The notes under the pieces are model-generated. The model was given only the letters and a program-made list of their open reading frames with translations, searched no databases and had not been told where the DNA came from. 64,000 bases of DNA from NCBI GenBank assembly GCA_002633005.1, contig NMRA01000130.1, positions 310,001 to 374,000 on the forward strand, read 5' to 3'. Made by a program: the position numbers and the translations under genes. This document shows, in pieces, positions 38,345 through 50,600 of the stretch; the first letter of the stretch is position 1; every line of letters starts with the position of its first letter. This DNA is from Phoronis australis. Its lineage: Eukaryota; Animalia; Phoronida.

Positions 38345-38835
38345 GTGCATAACATTGTGCTTAATCAGCGCGTAACGTTACTTAATCAAAGCGTACTTTT
38401 GCTTAATCAAAGCGTACTTTTGCTTAATCAAAGCGTACATTTGCTTAACGCATATGTTTCGTTCTTAAATGACCATCGTTTAGCTTTTATTCAACGCGTA
38501 CTTTTGCTTAATCAACGTGTAGTTTTAGTTAATCAACGCACTGAATTTGTTATTCGTTGTGTCCAATCAGAGACAAGTTTACGGTCAGTACGTAATGGTC
38601 ACTCGATCAGAATCTGCAATATTCTTCTAATGTTGCCTTGCACCCATGTTCAAAGTCTTCCGCTATTTTGAGATTTGAGAGGGTGGTTGTCCTATATGAA
38701 CTGATTAAAAGTACACGTTGATTAAGTAAAACTGCAGGTTGATTAAGCAAAAGTGTGCATTGAATAATAGCAGAAGGATTATCGTTTAGGAACTAAAAGT
38801 GTGCATTGATTAAGTACATTTCAACACGCAGAACT
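38345..38835. mobile_element. MITE-like element with 21-bp subterminal tandem repeats in inverted orientation
   Basis: (gcttaatcaaagcgtactttt)n on the left and (gttgattaag.aaaagt)n on the right. Confidence 0.7.
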
Positions 38836-41800
38836 GTACTCGTGAAGAACCCATTGGCGCTTCATAGTTTATCCCTCTTACCTCTGATTCTTGCTTTTCT
38901 TTTTGTAGCACGCCAATCGTTTTTGCCACAATTTATCAATGCGGCAAACCTGTCAGGTTGATAAGAGTCATGTGACACTGCAAATGACCTACTTTTCCAT
39001 ATATGGCATGATGTAGATTGACTCGCTGTGTCATAGGTCAATGCCAAAGTTATGATTGGCTAACAATGCTATGACCCAATAACAACTTAGAAACTTTGGC
39101 AGGCGATGATGCATCCTTTTACATTGTCGGGACGAATGAAAACAAATTTTATGGTTCATCTTATGCAAAATAGTTTGTATTTTGTTCGTGAAGTCAAGAG
39201 CATTGTGTTTACAAATGTACAATTAATATGGACAACATGGCATCGCTGAGACGGCCACGTAAATGCAAGCATTGACAACTCATTGAAAGTAGCAGTTAAA
39301 AATATTTAGTGCTCTTCGGTACAGAGGCACCTGGGCCAGAGCACTTGACAGCTTGCATGTACACAAAGTTCCAACCTTGCCTCCTGACAGTTAGTAGTTG
39401 AACATCAATCCTGAGAAGTACTTAGGGTGATGGATCGCCTGAGCTGCAGTCATGTACTCTTCCCAGACAATCGCAACGTGTTGGTTCCAAAATTCTATTC
39501 CTCAAACACTATTTTAGAATCTTGTTGTTGGCGAAATCTACTGTTCTAAATTTTGATTACCATTTGGCACCTGATGCTGGATTGAGAAATTTTCACGTTT
39601 GCCGTCGCCATTGGGGCTAAAGAGGGGACTTTTTGAACAGCGGCCCGAGTGCCGTTAGCCCTCCTGTTACCCAATCTGGTTAGAGTCGAGTAAAAGTAAG
39701 CGTATCCCATGTCATTATTGCTCGTCTCGAGTGGATTTTCTTTTTTGAGAAAGTGAGCAATTACCGACTCGATTTTCAAAAACCCTAGGCCAGAACCAAT
39801 TATGCTTTTTTGGCAGTATCTTTGAGAGATTTTCCTTACTTTTCTTCTAGTCTTCATTTACCCTACTATGCATGTTGGTTCAGTGTTCACTTCCTTTTAG
39901 CAAACACAAAGATACCAGACTGTCTTCTGTGGGGTGCTGGACACTGTGTTTGTTCAATGAAAGTGGTTGCATAAGAGAAATGTTGAGCTTTTGATGGTCA
40001 CTTTGTACTGCTCTCTAATATTGTTGCATTCATAGTAAATACATGTCAGGGTATTGACAATTAACCAGGAAAAATGGCTGTCCAAGATAACCAAAGATCT
40101 GTGTTCTTAGGAAGGCACACTACAGTGGAGACAGATTCCTTACCTCACGTTCTTATCAAGAATCTACGTAGCCACTAGAAAATGCCCTCTGGCTGCAGCC
40201 TAACTGTTCAGTGCTACCTAGTGTTTTGGTTGCATGATAAGTGGTAACTTTGCTTTCTCCTTTCCCCACATTATAAATAGTAACAGGGTAATCTTAGATG
40301 GGAGTTCGACCCCCCATGAGCACCTCTCAGTAGAAACACCTCTAGTTCTTCAATCAGATGACCGTCTCTATTGATAACACCTGGAGGCATAACCCTAAGT
40401 GAAAATCAAGTCTCTTATTTCGGCAAATCACTACACCAGCTATGCTCTTCTGCTGGTTGAACTTAGAAAGCTAATGATTCTCCAAACAGCTGATCTAAAA
40501 ATTCTTCTAGAATGTGAACGATGTTTATTTGCAGAGGTGTGATTGCAGGTGTATGCCGGAAGAACAATAAGGCGGAAGAACAATACCAGGGAAGAACAAT
40601 ATGACGTTTGCTTTTGATGTTTTCATAGTACGCGTGTACTAATTCTTCCTGCGATGTGACAGCACTGTGTGACAAACAGTGTAGTTTGAAGTGACTCGCG
40701 CTGAATTCTAGGCGTACATTTTCTTTAATTAATTACCGTTTGCATAAAGTAGTATCAATACCGAGTGCACTATGCCATGCTATGTAGTACAAATAGTCAT
40801 GTTTACCTTCATCGATAGCAAAATTGATTAAATTATTTATAATTCCTTAATTGATACCAGCAGTAGGTAGCAGCCCTTCAGTTCACTGCTTTGTTGTGCT
40901 TACAGTGTGATATGAAGGTTAGAGGTAGGTTCGTTATGACACTTGGCAAAGAAATTTCAGCAAGATTGTTTTCTCTGCCATTTCTCTTGTATTTGTTTGT
41001 TAAAACACCAGAGGTCACGTTTGTCTTGAGAAAGTAATGCATTCAACACTTGTCTTCCCAGTTGTTTAAAGGCAATTTTCTTTTCAGTCAGAATGGGGCT
41101 TATGGTAGTGTAGTTTAAGGAGGGCACATGTTGTGATGGGCAAAGTGTACAGGACTGGACATGGAAAAGTTTTGCTATTTTCTCTAGGTCCTGGATATTT
41201 GTACTGAAGTGTCAAAATCTGCTAGGTCATTTTGAATATCAGTCAGACAAAATTCGCCATTGGAGTACGGCGGCCAAACTTTGGCCCAAGTTGATTGGTG
41301 ATAGAGAAAATGAACAACATCCAAATGGAATGGTTCTTTGCCTTGAATCATTAAGTTCGCAACAACGACGAGGAGCAAGGGGGGCAAATTCTGCCTACAC
41401 TATTACCAGGACTGAATTTGGGGGGAGGATGTCGTGACTAAAAAAGTAAAATCAATCATGCCTAGTCCAACGGCAGACGCTTATCAAAATCTCTCAACAG
41501 TTGTCGCCCTCTTGTGACTACTTGATGTAATGGTTTTTATTTTAAACATTCAAAATTCTGCATTGAGAATCATTTACTGTAAACTTTCAGGTTAACGCCC
41601 ACTCACTTCTTACTTTTGAGAAATTTCAGTTGAAGTGCCCACTGGTCAGGCTAGCACCCGTGAATTATTTACTCCACTTAATTGATTAAAAAACAGTAAG
41701 GCAAGCTTTCAAACGAGGAAACGGGAGCAATTTCCTGTCGTGTTGTAATTGTCTCCGCCGGGGACATCGTATTCTGACAGCATCTTCTGCAGTGCATTCA

Positions 41801-42620
41801 AAACAGTGGCATTGTTGAAATTGACACTTTTGTAGGTTATAGTCAGCCACGGTCTCTCATTCCATGCTAAAAATTATTTTTCAAAAGAATCTGTCTTTTT
41901 TGAAGTTTTAAGAGCCAAATCCTGACCTTGTTTACCTCGGAAGGTGAAGTAACATTGAAGACAGTGACTGTCCTACGTTATCCATTTTTCACGTATTCGG
42001 TGCCGAGACAACAAACTTGAATCAACCGATAATGGAATGTTCGCATTAAGTTGTTGAAGTGCTTCGAAGCTTTTTATTTCATGCAAAACTAATTATTGAT
42101 TACGTAAACAACATAAGGCTTAAGATTTTTTCTTGTGAAAAATGCACTGCATTGTTTGCACACATCAATACGTCATTTGATCTGAGTATGCAAGGGTTTG
42201 CTGAAGTTTTTTGACAAGATGTCTGTAAACTGTTGGAGTTGCAAAAATTTCAGCTTCAAACCAAAGAATGGAGTTTCCTCATAGATTTATGTAGCTGTAC
42301 ATTCTTTAATGACAGGCATATGACAGGTCAGTCCTGGAGAAGTGGCGGGTGACTTTTCAACTTGTATTTTCTCCTTTTTCAAAATGCATACGTAGCTAGT
42401 CGAATACACGTCGATTAGAGAGCACTGATTCTACTTTCACGCCACCAACTGGCCTTGCAGTCAATTCTTTGAACTTGGGGTCTGTGGACTTCAATTTTGA
42501 GTGTCATAGCTTGTCATGGCGACAGTCTGGCTCAGGTTAAGTACCCCTAGCTTAAGCACCCACCCCTCAATTTCTAGGTTGGCAAATTTAAATGCCTAAG
42601 GCGTTAACCCAAACATTAGA

Positions 42621-42740
42621 GGAGGCAGTGTGGCCTAGAGTGATAAGTGTTTGCTTCCTTTACTCGAGGTCGTGTGTTTGAGTCCCACTGGTCATCCTGC
42701 TAGACCCTGGAGTCAGGTCTCTAGCTCCTCAGCTTGGTTT
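42621..42740 (+). mobile_element. tRNA-derived SINE head (second family)
   Basis: A-box-like GTGGCCTAGAGTG and B-box-like GTTTGAGTCCC at tRNA spacing; no intact cloverleaf. Confidence 0.55.
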
Positions 42741-44408
42741 TAACTTTTTATTAATAAAGCATAAAAATGGCTCCAGGTGATCAGTGCAGTGGGCCCACAT
42801 GTATAGCCTGCACACATCTGGTACAACATGTACCAGACCGCCTGCAATTTTTTTATAACCCAAATATTTACGGCAGACACAACTAAAAACAATTGGCAGA
42901 CATTTTTTTGCAAATTGCCTTTCTTAAAGCCCTGTCACACAGAATTCATTCTCACAATGTTCAAATCATTTGAACGTGTTGATGAAATGGCCAGAAACAG
43001 ACAACTTTGATCAAAATTGCCTTGGATACTGCACTACCCACTCGGTTGTAACTGTATAACTCTCTGGTGTGCCATTCACCGAGTCCTTAGTCTACGCCAG
43101 GCTTAACAAGAGATAGTGGCTTTGAGTCACTGCTAAGCTGTCAGTGTTGACCTCTTGACCTAAGCGCTTTGAGGTTCAAAAACATCCTCGCTCATCCAGT
43201 CTTTAACTGCTGTGGAATGAGGTGGTAACTCGAGTTTTTAATACATATATGAACTACCTCCGATTAATTTTGAAGTATTTCTTTGAGTCTCTAATGCTTT
43301 CAATGTTCTTGCTCATAACAGAAATGAATTAGCGCCTCCTGGTGTCAGGATGGAAGTGTGGTGAGACGATTTTGGTAGTGCTGCCGTGGATTGTCTATGA
43401 CCCTTTTTGTGACAGGTAATTTGCAGGCAAACAGAAACAAAATCCTTTCACCGTGAGGAATGTTTTGAGTCCGATATAATGAAAGTAAAAGGCCTAATTC
43501 GATTTTTGTTTTTGAGCCAGCTAAACAAGGCAAAATGCAGCTTAACAATTTTTCACTGCTAGCCTGTGTATAAACAAGGTAAAACCATTCAGTCATTAAT
43601 TTGTAGGAACCAAAAATTTGGGAATGTGGGTTTGAACCCCGTTAATTTTGAATTTGGGTTTTCATTTTGGCACCGTATAAAATATGTATCCATTTTCATT
43701 GTTTTCCTCATCGTTAATGCCATTGTCATTGACCTCATCATCCATGTCGTGCAGCTTTTTATAATTAATTAAAGTAATTTTCATCATCATTGACCTTTTC
43801 ACAGGCAGACAGAAACTAATTGAATTACACCCCAGAGTGGAGATTTAAATGGAAAATTCCAAAACTCAAATTTAAATTTCTCTCATCGCCATTTAGTTGA
43901 TCAGTTGCAGGCAAGCATGAAGTTTCCCCGTTACTTGTTGTGCCAATGACCTCGCACGTTAAGGGTAAAAGGTCAGTTATTGTGGTCTTCGCCATTTTCA
44001 TCATCATCATAGCTGTCTTCATCTTCAAAGTCGTCACCGTCAACATTTTTCATTTCATCTCAATTTCATCAGGAGTTTCTCTCTATCATAATTACATTTG
44101 TTCTGTGAGTTGGTTGACAAATATTGGTGATGTATTTTTTATACCATTGATTTTTAGTGCGTGGAAGACTTTAATTTGCTGATGCATTTAATGCGAATAT
44201 TTGTTAATCACACAACTTCTGGAAACTGACTGTAAAATTTTCCCCAACGTTGTAGAGCCAACTCACTCCTTCTGCTGGGGCTTGACACTGACTGGTTTTT
44301 GCAAAAATTGTATCGCCTTCTGCAGCTCCGCCAACTACTGTAGGGTCCTGTATTGTGAGTCACTCTACTTAAATCAGACCCTCCGTGTCTATTCAAAGAG
44401 GAACTTTT

Positions 44409-44642
44409 GGGGCCTGTTCCAAGAAAATGACTTTAGTTCATTTTTGACTCAAGTCCAAGATTGATCTCAACTTCCAAACTTTGAAATGTCCACATTCGTT
44501 AAGTTCGTCAAAATTAAGACCAAACTTAAGTCAAACTTAAGATCTCTTTCTTGAAACAGACTTGAGACAAATTTAAGTTTTTATCTTAAAATTGACTGAA
44601 ATTTGAGATTTGTCTTAACTAAGTTTTCTTGGAACGGGTCCC
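44409..44642. mobile_element. MITE with GGGGCCTGTTCCAAGAAAA / TTTTCTTGGAACGGGTCCC TIRs, sitting in the loop of a larger inverted repeat
   Basis: TIR match with internal aaacttaag repeats. Confidence 0.7.
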
Positions 44643-47600
44643 TGGGTTTTACTCACACAGCCTCTTACATCCCACTCAAACCATAAAGCATAACGTTTGC
44701 TGTCTGTCGAACAAGTTGTCCAGGGCCCTGCAGTTGTTGCCAAGGAACAGCGGCGGAGGGCGATGCATTTCTTGCAGGAACCAGTCATCAGCCTCCAGTG
44801 TAAGTGTGTCTCTGCAATGCCAGGAATTAGAGTAAGTTTCCAGAAATTTAGGGACAATTTTTTTTTCCAACTAGTGGGAAATGATGATGTCCATTATCAA
44901 ATATTCTTATAGTAAAATCTTGCCAGTTTCGGACAGAAATATTTACCTAAGTTGCCTTTTTATCAAAAACTTCTAAAACTTTTGCAAATGTCCATAATTT
45001 CTGAAACATTTACTGATGGTAGCTATAGTGGTGAAGCATTTATTTGATAAACTTAAGCTTTTGAGGAAAGAAATGAATTCGCCATGTTGCTTCCTAATTT
45101 GGTGAGGTTTTTCCATAATCGTTATTTTTCTGTAGAAATTTGACAAAATAAAATTTCAGTTGTGGGCCACGTTGTGTGCTATTCGTATTCTTTGTTGTTA
45201 AAAAGACCTGGAACGCGATGAACAGACTAAATTGCATTCATTTTCTTTTGGTTTCAAATTTCATGAAAATGGTCTGTCAACTGCTCGCCACTTCGTCGAT
45301 TTTTTCCCACAAAGCAAAGCATATCTCCTTATTTGGTATGACAAGACATGGATGTAGCACATTTCCCTTTTATGGAAAATGTGACCGTTGACCTCAAGCA
45401 ACTTCGATCAACTGACTGTGAGCACATGCGCGCATTTATCACAAGTGGAGAGGGAGATTAGAAACTCTGTGGTAACCACTGAGTTTTTCCTTCCCGAGTA
45501 TTTCAAAAGTCGAGAATTTTGTGATTTTTTCTGGAAGTTTCCTCACTATGGAATGTGAATTTTGCCGTACTAGACGTTGTGAGATGGTACTTTCATCAAG
45601 AATTGTTTAAAAGATATTTTTGAACAGCTTTCGCATTGCATGCCTCTTTAAGAATTGGCGAGATGCATTGAATTTTCTCTTTTCCTCAAAGTATGCAAAT
45701 ATTAGCTTCGGGGGTATTTAATAGAATTGATTACGCTATCACATGTCTCAGTACTTAACAGTTAATATTTGCTGCCACCGTTCATTTTCTAACAGGCTGA
45801 ATCCGCGCATATTCGAGAGGTTCACTAAAAGATATAATTGATCTATTTTTTTGTTTTCATTTCTGATTTGCAATTCCTGACAGGGTTGATGTTGGTCCCA
45901 TATTTGCAATGTTCTCATTGATAGCTTAATACCCATAGAAAAAACACAATGCATCTGTCTTATACAAATGTCAAAGTTTGACTGATGGATTGAAATCATG
46001 AATTTTGTATTCTTTGAATAATGATGGCCTTCACCTGAATTGAAAGTTAGATTAAATGCCCAACCACAAGATTTAAAAAATCGCTTTTATGTAAATTCTT
46101 TGTTTAAAACCCACCTCCTTATTTGTTAGTTTCTCAATTCAAATTCCCCATCATTGGGTGTAAATCCACCTTGGGTACGCGAGAATTACAAAAATGCAGT
46201 TTGTAAAGAGCTACCTCCTTTTATTTTTCTTCATCCGAAACTTGGTAACCACACTTGATGAATTCTATCCCATGATTCAACATTCCAACTTCACCAACCA
46301 ATCACTTCAGTGGCCGCCATTTTACTAGGTTGCATTGGTAAGGTTTCGAGCACATTCAGGAAACACTCGTTTTTCTCTTGTGATTTGTTGTCATCCTACA
46401 TGAACTCACTTTTCTCACAAGAAATTGTTCTATGGAGCAGACCCTGAGCTTTTGCATATGCAAACTGGTTTTAGGTAATTAGTCGCAATTTCTTTATCTT
46501 GCAGATAACCTGACTGCCAATAACGACATTTTACCATTTAGGCCTTTTCAAACTATTTCACTCTGCTGCCAGGGGATAGTCGATATAAACTGCCAAGTTG
46601 GTTGAACCTTTCACACCGGCTTTGGTAAGAGAATACCGGAGCTAATTCAGATTGATGTGCAAGTCCTCAAAGTTTCTGCAAGATAGCAGTCCAAAAATGC
46701 TGGGATGATTTTTTTTAATTTGAAATAAATATATGGTTGGGTAGTAAGTGAAATGAAATGCTCATAGTAATACAATGGTGAAGTTTTGAAACATATTGAA
46801 TGATACCAATACATGTACCAACATTGACAGCGACACCTGTTGATAACTCGGAGGACATCGAAGTTAACCATTCATACTGCATCGAAGTGTCGATCTTCCG
46901 CTGTTAAAGCCTCCTGTTGACTGCAAACTTGCGCTCTTAACTACGATCCAGTACCGAAGCTAATACTTCATACACCCCAAAACGTCGACTTGTCAATGTT
47001 GGTATTTAAGGCCATTTCTTATGAAAAAATATTTCATGTGAATTGTCGTGAAGTCGTGGGGGAATTAAGTACGTTCTCATTGCATCAGACCCTTCCATTA
47101 TCTCATTCTAATCTACCACTGATCCCATCTGCATACAAATCACTGTCTCCCAGGACAGCAAATGCTTCTTCACAGCAATTAATGAGTCTCGACAGACGCG
47201 CCAAATATTGTCTTTCGCTGTGGATAATCAACATACAGCTGCAAATGCATTTGGAATAGTGCTGTCCAGAAGTTTAGTCTCCTTTGTTGCTTCACGGAGG
47301 TTGGATAATGCATTGTACGACCGATTCAAGTTTCCTTACGTTGGCATGTTTTAGTTGGACCAAAAAATAATTATGCATTCACAAATATATTGTGAGCTTA
47401 CCAAATTTCCAAGTGTTAGCAGTTGAACTCGAAACTATCTAGCAATATCATTTGGTTGACACTGGATTGTCTATTGTAATATATTTGGTACATAAATGAC
47501 AGTGTTCTCCACAAATAAAACCCTAAATGTGAGTGAAGGGTAGACGCCAATAAACATGTCATCAGCGCAGTAGTCTAAGTGTTCTTGCGGTTGCATGGTT

Positions 47601-50600
47601 TAAGTGCTTATTTACCTGGCTTGCTACCTGATTAAACAGTGCACAGCAGTTTGTTCAACCTTTGTAAATAAAAAATGTTGCCAACTTACCATGTTTACAA
47701 ACAAAACACATTTTTTATTTGCAAGCAGCGTTTTTTTCAACTGAAAACCTAAACGTTGGAGGGTCATTTAAATATGTCGCAAATGCTGACAAATGAGGTC
47801 AAGGTGATACACTAAGGTTATTTGTGTCCGTATGGACAAGTCGGTGTATTTATTAGCCATATACAAAAACAGTGTAGGTTTTAACTCAGTTTAAGCGCAT
47901 ATTTTCGAAAAGTAGGGAACCTGCAGAATTTTATTTTTGACTTGGGTCAGATGACTATGTCTGTTTTGTAAAATTTAGCAAAAATAAAAGCACATTCATA
48001 CCAAAACGATGGTATCAATAACATGATAAAAATTCCGTTTGAGGGAGGGAATTATTCATGATCTACAAGGTTTGTTGATTCAATTAAAATTCCAATCCTT
48101 ATCCATATACACATGCCTTGTACTGCACTAACTGTGTAGTGTCAGTGTCTGCCTATAGGAGCAACATAACTTTCTGGTATTCATGAATCCGTTGGGATCA
48201 CGACCATTAGTGGAATTAATCCTGAGTATTTTTTCTCCAAAATATTTTATGGGAGTTCAAAATGCATGAGACTATTGTCAACTCAATACACTTCATTTAA
48301 TGAATTTGACGTTTTCAAATACACATATTCTTTGCGTTGCCTCACTGTAGGGAGTTCCTTCCCGGAAGAGATTGACTGACAGGTCAAACTTCATCACAAT
48401 TTAAACATTGTTGTCTGTTGTTGAAGGAATGTGATTTTCCTCAGTGTGAAGTTTTTCTTCTTGTCATATGGTACTCATCTTCACTATGCTACAGTAGCCT
48501 AGAGGCAGTTAAAAATAGATTTTATATTAAAAATCTGATAAGAGCTCCTGCACAGGCAGGAATTCAATTGGCTTTGACTGAAGCCAACTGCAGTCTAAGC
48601 TGAATAATGATGTATAAATATTCACTCTATCCACCCACGCGCTGCCGGTATGTCTAATAAAACCCTGGAGTTGTAAGCGTTTTGCCAATATCATGCAGGC
48701 TGGGAAATCTAGTGCTGGCTGTGCAAATGCAAGGCAGATTTTCAGGGATGCTATTTAACTGTTGCTGAATGCAGTCAACCTAGGGACATTTCACGATTGC
48801 TTGGCGACCACTGAACCACTGTGGTAAGTTAGTGAGATCAGTGTTCAGGATTTCCTGTGTGGTTTTACTAGGGAGGTTCACGCATATGTTAGTGCTGATG
48901 ACGTTTTTCTTGCAGACTACTTAGTAATGAGCCTTCAAAATAACGCTGCTAGGTTTTATGGCTAATGGTCTCTGTGTGGGATGTTGTCTGTATGCATAGG
49001 TGGTATCATTTGTGTTTCCCTGGGAGGTTGGTATTTCCTGATTTTCGCACAATACAGAACGAGTACTTTTGAAATTATTGACTGTTGGCGTGAGTGAACA
49101 GAGGTTTGTTAACAGGCCTGTTTTCTAGATTCCCTATAAATGTCATTGTGGACACAATGTTCTAACTCATTTGGCCACAGCGGCACTATCTCGCTTCTTA
49201 TGGAAGTATGAGGGGACATTTATTTTTAGCATGCAATTCACATATGCATCAGTTTGCAAGAAAAGTGAGCAGTCTGACAGAGGTAACATTTCCAATTCAG
49301 TACGAAGAAGACCCGACTATTTGGCACAGCTTAAGTGAATTGAAGGATCAAGTTTTTTTGCAAGTGAAAATGCAAACTATAAGTGAAGTCTTAGGATTTG
49401 AAAATGGTAAAAACGTCAGTTTGTTGAGTTGATTTTTCAGGAGTTTAGGCAGAGCAATGTACAATGATTGAAATGTGTGTGAAGTAACAAGACTCCAGTT
49501 GGGGAACTCTGCAAAATTTGGGACACTGAAATTCAAGCTGAAATTTTTTTTTCATTCTGAAGCTTGGGACATGGGCAATATAGGCGGTCATCATATCTTT
49601 CAAATATCAGACACTGCATTTTGCAGCAACAAAGTCTGAGATAAAATCATCTAAAATAGCTGCCAATGAAATATGGTACAAGCTCTGACGTGTGCAAAAT
49701 TGTTAATTTTCACTATCCTAAAGTGGAGAATTTTTACTGTAAGGTATAATTGATTGACCTAAAGAAGATTTTCAGATCCAGTTGTTTCAAATTCCTTAGT
49801 GACCTGATTTCCGCTATGCTACGGTCTTTTGTGAGAGGATATGCCTTCGATGAAGGGCAATATATGGTAGTGTCTCTGCAGTTTCGTACAAAGACAATTT
49901 TTGATGTTTTTCGATCTGCATGTGAATGCCTGCTATTTCTCGGAACTCTGGGTAGGATTTAAACATGACGAAGTGTTCTTTGGTGCTACTTATCTTTTGT
50001 GAAAAAATTAGTGATTCACTTGTCTTCTAGTGCATCCCAGATTCGTGCGATTTTAATATAAAGAGACACCATGTTCATTTTTCTCAGTGTACGTTTTAAC
50101 CATCGGAGGTCATCGGTCTCAATAGTGTGCTAGAACTTGCTTAATTTAACTAATATGTTTAGCTTCAATATCTAATCTGTTGTTTAAATATTCATTTTGT
50201 CCATATGTTTGTTCTCGGTTTGACCAAAATGAAGTGTTTGCCCTATACTTTCAGACACTTAAGTCCACTAGTCTCTTGTACAAAAAATTTAGGGTCCATT
50301 TCAATCAATTTTGGGGTCTGTGAGAGTAGTCCAGAAGTCATTTCATTCAATGTACATGTATATTGGAAAATTTGTTGTGTCTCCTGCCACATTTATCAAA
50401 TACAGGCAGATAAAACATGAGCTGAAATGAGTGATTTTTCACTTCGTTAGTCTTAGGTCTCATTTCTTACACTGAAAATTGGATCCTAGGTGACGTACCT
50501 ATTAACTGGAGTTGTGTTTTCTTCAGCTTAATTATATCAGATGGCGCTAAAACGCTGCCCTCCCTCCCCCGAGTGATCGCAGATAGTGGAATGTTTGGTC

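Noticed and set aside
38345-38671. 108-aa ORF with LLNQSV repeats
   Set aside because: Translation of the 21-bp subterminal repeats of a MITE-like element.
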